A stretch of DNA of 64,000 nucleotides from the human T2T-CHM13v2.0 reference genome, Homo sapiens. Positions 52,534 to 64,000 of the stretch are shown here, in pieces. Every line of letters begins with the position of its first letter. The first letter of the stretch is position 1. The stretch is taken from assembly GCF_009914755.1 (NCBI RefSeq), contig NC_060942.1. One strand, given 5' to 3'. Position numbers and translations under genes: made by a program. The notes beneath the pieces are model-generated. The model was not told the origin of the DNA and did no database searches. It saw nothing but the letters and a program-made list of their open reading frames with translations.

Positions 52534-54976
52534 TGATGTAACTGGGAAAGGCTACATAAAGGAAATTGAATACAAGCTGAGACTTGAAGGATGGGTAGAC
52601 ATCCTAAGGAAGAATAGACAATTCAAGACAGGAAGGAGGTTGGACATGTAAAAGAAAGTCCTCTACTGCAATTAAAAATCTTGAAAGAGAATAAAGAAAA
52701 AATTTCATCTCATCTAGAAGTTTTCGGCCTGCCTTATGGCTTCCTGGAGATTTCTTTATGACTACTTTCTAACCCTGGCAATAATTACTATGAAACTGCA
52801 TTTTTGTTTTCTAAATTATGTTTCATAAGTTTGGAAGCACATCATTAACTACTCTCCAGTTCATTCATCCTCCTTAAAACAGAACTGAAACTTGTTTCTA
52901 TTTTGAATGTTAATAAGTTGTGGATTTTTTCTTTCACAGAATCTAGTTCTTTTATTTTTACAGATAAAGCCCGCCTACAAATACAGGCCCTGTTGACTGT
53001 CACTTTCTTGAGAAAATTCACAAATTGTGCCATATGATAGAACATGTACTATAAAAAGTTATTCCACATCATCTGTCACCAAAAGCATCTGAATTTTTTT
53101 CTTGTTTGGCCAAGGCTTTTTGCCAAGCAGCTAAAAATGTTTTATCATGGACAATTGATTTCCTAATAAAGCTTCTAGGTCATACATATAAATATATATA
53201 AAAACATATTTATATAAATTTATTTGTATTATACAGTCCAAATTTGCCTGGTATTCTAATTATACCAAGATCTGCACCACAAAATGCCCTTCTTTGGGTA
53301 TTTTTATCACCTCTGCTATTAGCCTTTTTTGTGACTGCCTCCAAATTGAAGAAATTCTTTCTTGGCTCTCTAGCTCCCAAATCCAGTACTTTGAGCTGTC
53401 AAAATGAAGACCTTCCACAGATATTTCAGAAGGTTTTTTTTTTTCTCTGAAGCACCATGAAAATTATGGCTAACTTCTCATAGAAATTTTTTCTTCTGTA
53501 TTTTATATAAAAAATATAAAATAGGAGTGATGGAGGAAAGCAACTCTATAGCAGGTAATCAATTGAAGAGTATATCTCATGAGAGAATGTTGAGCTCAAT
53601 TGATTCCTCTGATTTGCTTCCTGTTTAAGATGTATCTTTCAGGGACCTAACAGTTCTCCTGAGTTCATACACATAACAAGACTTGTAGTAGCATAAGCCA
53701 GCTTGCTAAACCACAGACTGAACACCCCAGAGCTATCAGTTCTCATTCTTATATTAAAATATAACCTGGTCAAAGCCCAGTGACCTACTTCTGCTCCTGT
53801 GTCACCAGGTGGGCGACAGTGCCAGGAGTACTAACCTATCTCATTGGGTTGCTTGAAAATTATTACAAAGGGACATTCCAAAGAATTCTCCCAGCATAAA
53901 GCATTATACCAATGCTAAGTAAAAACACATCAGTGATTTTAAAATATCATGGTGAAACTGTGCTATAGTAGAGACTATAACAGCCTCTCACATTTTGTAT
54001 TTACACTGGCAAGAATGATATTGTTGGCAGATAATCTTTGTGAAAGTAACAACAATAGTTAGCCAAGGACTTGCCTTGAATGTGAAAGCAAAGCAAGATG
54101 TCTTGGGTACTTCCGAAGTTGGCACTCTCAACTACAATTCATCTCTAAGCCCGGCAGATACATTTAACTTGCATGAATTAGTTGAAAATGGAGTGCATTT
54201 TACCTGAGACTTCGCCTAATTTTATGATTTGCTCTGTTCTTTAGGCACCTGGCACCTGACAGATTCTAATTTCAATATTTTAAAATCATTAGTAAGATTG
54301 CACTGAGCTTTACTTTTAAATGTCTGTAATCACTTGCTATACTCTGTTTCAGCAATTTTTTTAAGTTTTAATATTTTTTGGCTGTAAGGAATGAGTGAGA
54401 AGGAGCTTCCTTGCCCAGAATCTATCCAGAGCTTCTTTCGCTAAAAAGATAAGAAACCTGAAAGTCAGCAAGCACAAACAACCACAGAAAACAACAAATC
54501 TGCATTTTCTAAAAATAACTATTGAGAATCTAGGATCAGATAATCCCTTTACAAGAATAATTCTCCTTTAATGCCTCCTTTATGGTTTCTGAAGCTGACA
54601 AGTGCAGAAAGCATTTGATTCTGAGCTACGTACAGAACATACTTGTGAATGATGCTCTTTTCAATCACATGAGAGAGTTCCTGCTATGACCCCATTCCAC
54701 CCAATGCCCAACTTCTCCAAACTGCATCACAGAGGAATTCAGCCTTAGTAAATAAGCATGCCAACAACGTCAATGTAGAAAAAGTGGCAGACTGTGTCCA
54801 CACTCTCTCCACAGTCCCACTTCCTCAAGCGGGAGAGATGTGCTGTTCATTCATCATTTACAACTTGCTGCCATGATTCTGCAAAGTCAATACACATTCC
54901 TACCTTAAAGGGAAAAGAAAAGAAAGTTGAATTTCCTCTAATATGTACATATACCTACCTATAGTGCAAACACATT

Positions 54977-55240
54977 TGTTTAAACATATATGTTTAAACA
55001 TATATACGTATATATGTTTAAACATATATACGTATATATGTTTAAACATATATACGTATATATGTTTAAACATATATATAATGTTTTCCTAAATTAGTAT
55101 ATCTGCATATATATATGCCTTTAATCACTTGCTTCTCATATATATATGAGTAACGTTTGTGACATCTCAGATATATGTGTATATATATGCATGTATATAT
55201 GTATATGTGTGTGCTTATATACATATATGTATATATATGA
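54977..55240. repeat. AT-rich tandem/palindromic repeat (24-bp unit x3.4) plus degenerate (TA)n
   Basis: tgtttaaacatatatacgtatata repeated; later (TATG/TA)n. Confidence 0.95.
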
Positions 55241-55433
55241 AGCAAGAGTCTGACCAAAATTTAAGATTAACTTTTATATTTCTGTTGAGGCTGGGGTATG
55301 GCAAGGACCATGCAGAGAAGAGCCACAAGAAGTAAAATGTAGGCAATTAGCAAGGTGTCCATGAACTCTTTATCCCAGATACAGTGCACCTGCCTGGAGA
55401 AATTTGATTTTACCTAAAAACACAACTTAACTT

Positions 55434-55845
55434 TGTAATAAAGAGTCTGACTCCAGTTTTTATATTTGGCTACTGACAGCTTTTAAGATCTATGCCTTGT
55501 CTCCCCCTTTTCCCCACTGGCTGGGCAAGCTGGTAAGAAAGCCCAGGGCTCCCTCCCTTGCGGTCAGCAGGAAGTTCAAACAGGGAAGTCCCAGGCATAT
55601 GAGGGAACCTTCATCCCAGCTCCATTCCCTAACCACAATAAAAGCCAAGTCAGTGCCCTTCCCCGCTCTCTAAAGCCATTTTTATACGCGCTCACAAGCC
55701 TCCCCTGTCCTCCCCAGAAAGCCTCATTCTGTGAGTAGTAAACCTTTTTGTCCCTTCTTGGTGCATGTATGACATCAGTTTCAACAACAGAACCAAACTT
55801 TGGGTGGGTGACAAAGTCCACAGTGTCTTTGGGGTAGCCACAACA
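55434..55845 (+). mobile_element. LTR52-like ERVL solo LTR
   Basis: tgtaataaagagtctgactcca...ctgggcaagctggtaagaaagccc...gccacaaca; TG...CA ends, ~410 bp. Confidence 0.7.
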
Positions 55846-56864
55846 AGCACCATCTAAGTGTGATCCTTATTATTAAGGTGAACTAGGACTTGAGTCATTA
55901 TTCCTTTCACTGTTTAGTCCAGCATTTTTATTTGTCAAGGAAAAACCAGTAACCAGTATTTTATGACATTACTTATGTGAAAGTGGTTGTAACTCTTTGA
56001 TAATGACTATGGGAATAGGGCTCTAATTTTTCTCTGGGAGTATCACAAGTCCCTTGCCCCAAGCTCTCCAGATACCTTGGGAAACTTTACTGGGCAGCTC
56101 AGTATTTTTAACACCAACTCCTTACATTGTAGGCACACAGAGAAAAATAAATAAGATCAAAGGTTTAGTTAAATAAAATTTAAAACTATCAAGCATCATC
56201 CCACACTACATTATAACCTGTCATAAAGTTTTCTATATCTAATTAGTAACTTACTTCCAAAGAATAAAATGGCCTTAATAAAACAAAGAGATGATTTGGG
56301 GACATCCAAAATCAAGAAAAATGGGCTTCTACCACAATCTCAATCTGTTTCTATCTTAATAAAAGCAGAACAAGCTGATACAAACTAAATAGGAGACACT
56401 TATGAGACACATAAGTGACACCTGAGTCTTGGGCTAAGAGTGACTACCACAAAGAGAGGAGAATAAAAGGCAGACAGAAATATGAAGAGTTCACCCAAGT
56501 ATTGTACTCTCCTAATGGAGGGTGGGGTAGCAGAAGATATCTCCCTTCTTTGGAAAGACACTAGTGGTATTAAAAACACAAATCAGGATAATAATGATTA
56601 GCTTGCAGTTATGAGCATCATACAACTTTACGAATTGAAAATGCTGTGTAAACTTAAGCACTGCATAACTTGTAGTTGTGACTGTTTCTATCTCTTCTAT
56701 ATCCTACATGGATCTCCTAAGAAGCCATGATAATTCAAGTCATACAAGAAGTTCAGCTTGATATGTTCTTCTTATTACCTTTCCATTTGTCTTCTTAAAT
56801 TCCTGTGCATGTCTGCAACAAGCAGATGTTGTATATTTGTAATACAGAACTAAAAACAATAAAT

Positions 56865-57075
56865 ACAAGTATAATAGGGTCAATTTTGTCTAGTGATGAG
56901 AAGAGACTTTCTAATTAAATCTGCTCTACGAAGAAATGGGCTTTCTCAAAAAAGAATTGAACTTCCAATGCCTGGAAATACTCAGATAGAAGTCATCTGT
57001 CATGGGGTTGCAAACAGCACGTCTGCATTGGTAGGAAGATTGGAATACATGATTTGTAAGGTCTCTTTCCATTTA
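56865..57075 (+). mobile_element. L3/CR1 3' fragment
   Basis: gaagagactttctaat...gaaatgggct...cctggaaatactcag...ggaagattggaatacatgatttgtaaggtctctttcc. Confidence 0.5.
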
Positions 57076-57344
57076 TTACTAAAATGTGGTGACTGACTGA
57101 TCACATGAACAGAAAAAACATATCATGAATATGAACATTATTTTTGTCCCCTTAAAAATTTTTTAAAATCTCTTTTCCAAAGGAATGTTCCTAAGGCATG
57201 TGGTGTTGATCATCCCCTGGAGGAAAGACAAACTACTCAACCTTGATTTCTCCTCTCTAAGACATAATTTCAGATTAAGAGCCAGGGGTGGGGGGTAGTG
57301 GGGAAAATAACATAGCTAATAAACCTTATAGCACAGCCAGCACC

Positions 57345-58050
57345 ATCAATTCACCAACAGCTGCATATTGAGTAGCTATTGTGTTGCAGGCATTGCAGGA
57401 AATAAAGGATGTATAAACACAAAGTCCCTGGCTTCAGTGTCCTTGAAATATGTTTGGACAAATAAGACATAAAAAGTAAATGCTTATAAATAAATAAAAG
57501 AGGTTGCAAACAGCCTGCCAGGGACTAGATCCAACCTGCATGCCTCATTTGGCCAACAATGTCTTTAAATTTTTTAACTTAGAATGGCATTAGGTAGGAT
57601 ATATACCCTTCCATTCACCATGTTACCACTTCTCACTTCTTATACTGGCCCAACTCATACATTGACATCAAACACCTGACCCTACATGCATTTGCATTTT
57701 CAGCATGCTGATCTACAACATGAAAGATGGATAGCAGCAATAATATAGATTGGCATATGGTTACTTTCAAATAAATATTACAAATCACAAATACTAGACA
57801 GGTGAAGAGACCGGTGTGGGCTATCTTCTCCAAGACTTCATTTGGAAGGGAACTTCTAATGTGACTTTTAAAGAAAAGAAAATACTTAAGCAAAAAGAAG
57901 AGGAGAAGCAACCCCAGGCATCATGACAGAAGAAAAAGTCAGAGGTAGAAAAGTACAAATTATAATTAGGAAGATATGTTGAGAGCAGTAGAGAGTAAAA
58001 GAAAAAGATGAGGGTGAGGTTTGATCAGATTGTACAAGGGTTTGAAAGCC
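57345..58050 (-). mobile_element. L2 fragments with a nested hAT-Charlie (MER102-like, ~57500-57715)
   Basis: ttcaccaacag..tattgagtagctattgtgttgcaggcattg; aggttgcaaac...tttggccaacaatgtctttaaatttt. Confidence 0.5.
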
Positions 58051-58059
58051 AAGCCATAC

Positions 58060-58715
<656 letters not shown>

Positions 58716-59009
58716 TTGTTTCCTTTTTTGCTCACCCAGGTTCAGGTTACGGAAAGCCACTGAAGTTTTCATACTGGAAAATGCTATGACCAAAGCACTC
58801 TCTTAAAAAGTCTGCATGATGAATTGAGGAGAAGATGAATGAACTTGGGGAGACCAGTTGAGAGGCTCATCTGGTGGCCTAGGAATGAGAACATCAAGTT
58901 CAGATTAAAACAGAAGACAATGAGAAACATACAGACGCAAGAAATACTAAGGAAGAGAAATCAATAGGATATGGAGATTGATTGGCTATGGGAAAGGGAG
59001 GTTTCAATG

Positions 59010-59760
59010 ATAATTCATTCAAGAAATAGTCATTGAGTGCCACTTCTGTTTTAGAGACTGCTCTAGGCGCTAGTGAATAAAGTAGACAAAATATTTGCAT
59101 CATAAAGCATACATTCTTCTGGGTAATACTAAAGAGAGATACATAAGCCGATAAGTAATATAATTCCATTTTCTAATAAATTCTCTGAAGAAAAAAATGT
59201 GTAAATGGCATAGAGAGAAGTGAGTGGAAGGTACTGTTTTAGGGTCCTCTAACAAGGCCTTTAAAGGAGGTAACATTGAAGCTGAGGGCTAAATGGTGAG
59301 AAGAAAGCAGCCATATGAGGATACGAGAAAGAAGTGTTCAGGCAGAGGACCAGCAAGTCGAAAGACTCCAAGACAGGAACAAGCGTGGCAGAGTAGTGAG
59401 GCAGGAAGAAGACTGTTCAGCTGGAGAAGAGTGGAACAAGAGAGAAGGAAAGGAGAGGCAATCAGAGCTGGGCAAGAGCCAGATCCAGCCGGGCCACCGA
59501 AGCCATGGAAGGCAGGGTTTTATGCAAATTGTCAGAGAAATTCACTGGGCAAGGAAAAGGCAGGATCTCATTTGGGCTGTATGCAGATCACCCAGGCTTC
59601 AGTGTAGAGACTGGCCCATACGCAAGAGGAGAAGAAGCAAGGAGGGCAGACATCAGGTTACTGTGAAGGTCCAGGCAAGAGAAGATGGCAACTTCTGCTG
59701 GGGTGTTGGCGGTGGAGATGATGTTACATGTTAGATGGTCAGAGAAATCCCAGATGTTGT
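59010..59760 (-). mobile_element. L2 element
   Basis: ttcattcaagaaatagtcattgagtgc...ggaggtaacattgaagctgag...caggcagaggaccagcaagt...gccatggaagg...gtccaggcaagagaagatgg. Confidence 0.8.
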
Positions 59761-62700
59761 GCCTGAGTATAAATGGCATTACCATAAAGAGAAAAACAGA
59801 AATGAACTAAAGAATGTTTTATACTTAAACCTGAATGTATCTGCTACTCAGGAATGTATAAACTGTTGGATTGTATTCCCCTTACAAGACTAAAGGCAGA
59901 CAAGTGTTTCCTTCTAACTCTGTGTAAAGTGAGAGAAACATTGAGCTTCCGCCTAAGAACTGCTTTTGACTAAAAGTTTTCACCAGCAGTGGAAGACTGT
60001 TGACAATAGCTATTTCTGATCTGGGAAAAGCCCTAAAGGATATCCCAAAGAAAGAGAAAATATAAGAAAGGAACATAAAAAATAAATCAAAATGAAATAT
60101 TTAAAAGAAAAATTATTTCACAGAGGATTTTTTGAAAACTTCATAGGAAAAAAATGAGTGTTTTCGGCCTCTGGTTGTGACAAATTTTGTACAACGAAAA
60201 AAAGACATGATTCCCTCTGTCTTCTTCACCTTATTCTTTCTACTGAATTTTTGGTGATTTTCCAGAACAAAATATATTACAGAGACATTTCTATATAGCT
60301 ATTTAAAGCGTAAACATGTACAGATAATCTGGATGGGATTTTGGCAGAATTTATAAAAGAAAAAAACATGTATATCCTCTAGTCTGCTAGTTATAGGAAT
60401 TTGTACCAAAAAATATATTTTTAAAATTTATATTAAAAGTTTATAATTTATATTACAGTTATTAATTACAGATCACATATATTCATTAAAAATCTGAAAT
60501 AACCTAAATGCACAACAGTAGGGGATGAACATCCTTGCCATCGATGAGTTTTCTGTATCCTTGTTGTGTTAGGTACAAACACACATGGGCAGGAGGAGAA
60601 TGGGGAAATCCAACAGAACGGCCCTTCTGGAGTCTCACTGGGTAAGCAAGCCTCTTCAGGTGGTACCTGGTTCATGAAAAAAACTGAAATTCTGGCCTCA
60701 TCAGAGGAATTCCCTGAATCATTTATTTCAGATTTCAAATTCCAGTTTTGAAATGAAAATAACCAATAAAAAGAAAGGACTAAAAAAGTAAAAATCCTGC
60801 AGAACTATAGGCTCGTCACTTGGGGGTTAAAGCCAACTGGTTAGCACCTGGAGACTAAAGATGTAGCAGTTCTGTCAACCATATTTGTTTGCATTTTGAT
60901 CCTGGAATCATCTGTGTTTTGCAGTGTTGTTTCTCTCAGGCATTCCTTGGCTGTATCAGAGATCTATTGCTATATCAGAGATCTGTTGCTATTTTGTTCC
61001 TTGAAATGTCTAAAAATCTTTACAGTCTCAGCCTTTATCAAGTTTAAGGAAGGTGCCCAAGGAGCCACACAAAGAGGATAAAAAGAATTAGTTGTCAATG
61101 GCTGTTTCAGTTTCATGTTGAAAAAGAAAGAAGGGTGGGAAGGAGAGAGAAGACAAATGCATACAAAAATGAAGCACATTTTACAACTACCTTAACGACT
61201 GCCTATGACACTAGCACCCCCTCCTCATCTCCTTTGGGCCACTTCTGAATTATTTTTCACAATTAGTGGGAGAAATGAATAAATAAATGGCAGAAAATTT
61301 AATTGCAGATGCTAACCCTGAGTGCAATAACTGAGGCAGAGAATTTAATCTGATGGCTTCAGGTACTAAACCAAAAAAGAAAGGAAACACAATGTGTTTA
61401 TATTTTAATGATTTTCATTTTTAATTAGTGACTTCAAAGAATTTTAAAAACCTGAGCTTGACCTCAAATATTATCTCATTTTAATTAGTTTCCAGATTTC
61501 TCTAACATCGTGAAAAATAATGTTCAGGCTTTATTTTCCTTTGAGTGACAAACGACTTCATGCACTGTGACAAAGCCCCACTTCGGAACTTTAAAAAATA
61601 CAGATGTGTTATAAACAAGGTTTACATGCTGGTGACTCTGGTTTAAAATCTGTTTAAAGGTAACCATGTGCCCTTGGTTATGATGACATTTGTACCACAC
61701 TCATTCGGAAAAATTCTCAAGAGACATCATTCATGTTTAACGAAACACATTTGGTGCAATCAAAGCTGTATTTGAATGTTCTCATTTGCAGTATTGTCTC
61801 ATAACATTGGCCTCTGCTTTGGAGGCTGAGAAAAAAGAAACAGACAATCCAGATCCTATTTTTCTTTGCTTCCTCTGACACTTATTAGTTTGCCATGATT
61901 TTAAAACAGGACTTTTTGTTTCTTTATGCATTATGATTTAGGTTCCTGCCTGGAGACCACTTTTTCTATCACTGAGTTTCCCATTCAAGGAATGAGAGGA
62001 TAATAACCCTGCCATTGGGTTATTATCCTGGATAATATCTGGATCTATCTAGGTGTTTGAAGGGACATTTTCATCTTAATGACAAAAATGCATCCACCTC
62101 TTCTCCAGTTCTTACACTAAAAGGAAGACTGTTATAACCAAAGATCCAAGTTCAATGAGGAATATAATCATCGTTTAAGCTGTGTGAACAATTCTCACTC
62201 ATATGATTGGGTCGCCAAGTACTTTTTGGTTGGATGAGCAATCACTCAAAGGTCACATTGTCCCCACAGAATCATGGTAGTCAAAGAAATGAAAGTGACG
62301 GCCCAACGTGCACCCGTTTGATATTGGTTGAGAATCTGAACACGTCCATAGCATGGCTTGTGAGTATTTATTTCAGAATATGCAGTGGTGAGTGACTATG
62401 GCCATTAGCTTTTTCCTATTGTGATCTTCCTTTTTTCATTTTGTGTGAGATTAATTTGTGACTGAGATTTATTAGCCTCAAGGAGGCTGGGGTTCATGAG
62501 ATTTTGTTGATATACTGCACAGAACACACATCAAGTCAAAGAGAAAAGATGAGAAATTGAAATGATAAAGTTGTACTGCTAGCTTGTTGCTGAGGTAATT
62601 GAAGTGGCTTGTGTTGTGCTGTGTTGTGATGGGTAGAAATAAAATATGTATGAATTTATCTAGATCATACTTCTGAAGAAAGGGATGACAAAATATATCC

Positions 62701-63523
62701 CCTTTCTATGTATGTGTTGAGAAAATCTCCCAAGCCTTTTTTGACAGTGATATTGAAGCAAAATGAACACAAAACCCATTCAGAATGAGATCCAGAAGTG
62801 AAGCCAGCTCTATGTTATTCATGGGAATATTCTAAGGGTTAGCACTGATCATTGAAATATGAGCATAATGTAAAAAAGGTGTTTTGTCTCCTAGGTGAAA
62901 CCACAGGTCCATATAATTTCTTTTTAACAAAACTGAAATAGGGCAGCAAAATGGATTCATTTTATTAACCTGCCCAGCTTTCCCTCAGATGGAGAGTCTA
63001 ATCACCAGTGAAATGCCTAGAAAATACATAATCACTAGAATAAAAAAATATAGAAAAAGCAAGGGTCATGACAGTCATGAGGCACTAGAATATCAGCTGC
63101 ACAATCACAGGGATCAGCAGCTCACTGATGTGTCCCAGGCTCCTGGAACTGTGCTGGCACAGGAAAGGTGCCCACCGGGACTTTGCTGAATTAACCAACT
63201 GCACACTCAGTCCTTTACTGTGAAGATCTGACTGGTTGGCATGGTACGATCACAAATCTTTCTTTACTTTCCAGAGTCACCTGGCAGATACACATGTCAC
63301 ATGAGAATCTGGTGCATCAGAGAAGTCCCGCAACACATGGTCCTGGATAATGGACCACAGTGCAACTCTAGTGGACACCCCCCTGCCAGGGTTGTAGAGG
63401 TTTCAGAGACTGACTGATGTTCTCCCTGTGAAGCCCATAGTGATATTCCAGGATTGTTCTACAAAATTCTATTTCTTTAGTTCATTCAAACACATAACAG
63501 TGACCAGGTAATAGAGGACAGGG

Positions 63524-63872
63524 TGATATGGCTTGTCTGTGTCCTCACCCAAACCTCAACTTGAATTGTATCTCTCAGAATTCCCACATGTTGTCAGAGG
63601 GACCCAGTGGGAGGCAATTGAATCATGGGGGCTGGGTTTTTCCTGTGCTATTCTTGTGATAGTGAATAAGTCCCCCAAGATCTGATGGGTTTATCAGGGA
63701 TTTCTGCTTTTGCTTCTTCCTCATTTTCTCTTGCCATGTAAAAAGTGCCTGTCACCTCCTGCCATGATTCTGAGGCCTCTCCAGCCATGTGAAACTATAA
63801 ATCCAATTAAACCTATTTTTCTTCACAGTCTTGGGTATGTCTTTATTAGCAGCATGAAAAGAGAATAATACA
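63524..63872 (+). mobile_element. THE1A MaLR 5' LTR
   Basis: tgatatgg...cttgaattgtatctc.cagaattccc...tttatcaggg.tttc.gcttttgcttcttcctcattttctcttgcc...taataca. Confidence 0.92.
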
Positions 63873-64000
63873 GTAAATTGGTACTGGGAGTGGGGCATTG
63901 CTGAAAAGATACCCGAAAATGTGGAAGCGAATTTGGAACTGGGTAACAGGCAGAGGTTGGAACATTTTGGAGGGCTCAGAAGAAGAAAGAAAAAATGTGG
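63873..64000 (+). mobile_element. THE1A internal sequence (continues past the window end)
   Basis: gtaaattggtac...gctgaaaagatacccgaaaatgtggaagcga.tttggaactgggtaacaggcagaggttggaac directly after the LTR. Confidence 0.9.

Noticed and set aside
57285-57303. G-rich run ggggtggggggtagtgggg
   Set aside because: Only three separate G-tracts; not a canonical four-tract G4.
59293-59734. Overlapping 104-aa and 139-aa ORFs
   Set aside because: They lie in the purine-rich antisense strand of an L2 element; chance open frames.

Overview
Human genomic DNA: AT-rich, CpG-poor and dense in transposable elements. Human origin is indicated by a diagnostic, human-specific AluYb8 at 58342. I found no recognisable protein-coding gene, RNA gene, CpG island or CRISPR array; the window looks intergenic or deep-intronic. 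The largest feature is a full-length but dead L1PB1 LINE (24512-31714, TSD intact). It carries three nested events: a HERV-E solo LTR2, a templated copy of its own 3' region, and a ~90-bp L1PA stub. The rest is Alus (FLAM, J, S, Y, Yb8), MIR, L2 and L3, MaLR/ERVL/ERV1 LTRs, and Tigger and hAT relics. The most unusual structures read directly from the sequence are a 92-bp perfect AT-rich palindrome built from tandem palindromic units, a fold-back-duplicated MER47 split by an AluY, an ultra-short Alu with an inverted templated 5' junction, and a TACTAAY minisatellite. Several candidate spliced exons are speculative. Repeat subfamily names come from recalled consensus sequences, not a database search, and boundaries of old elements are approximate. 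I could not support a novel biological system beyond these rearrangement signatures.
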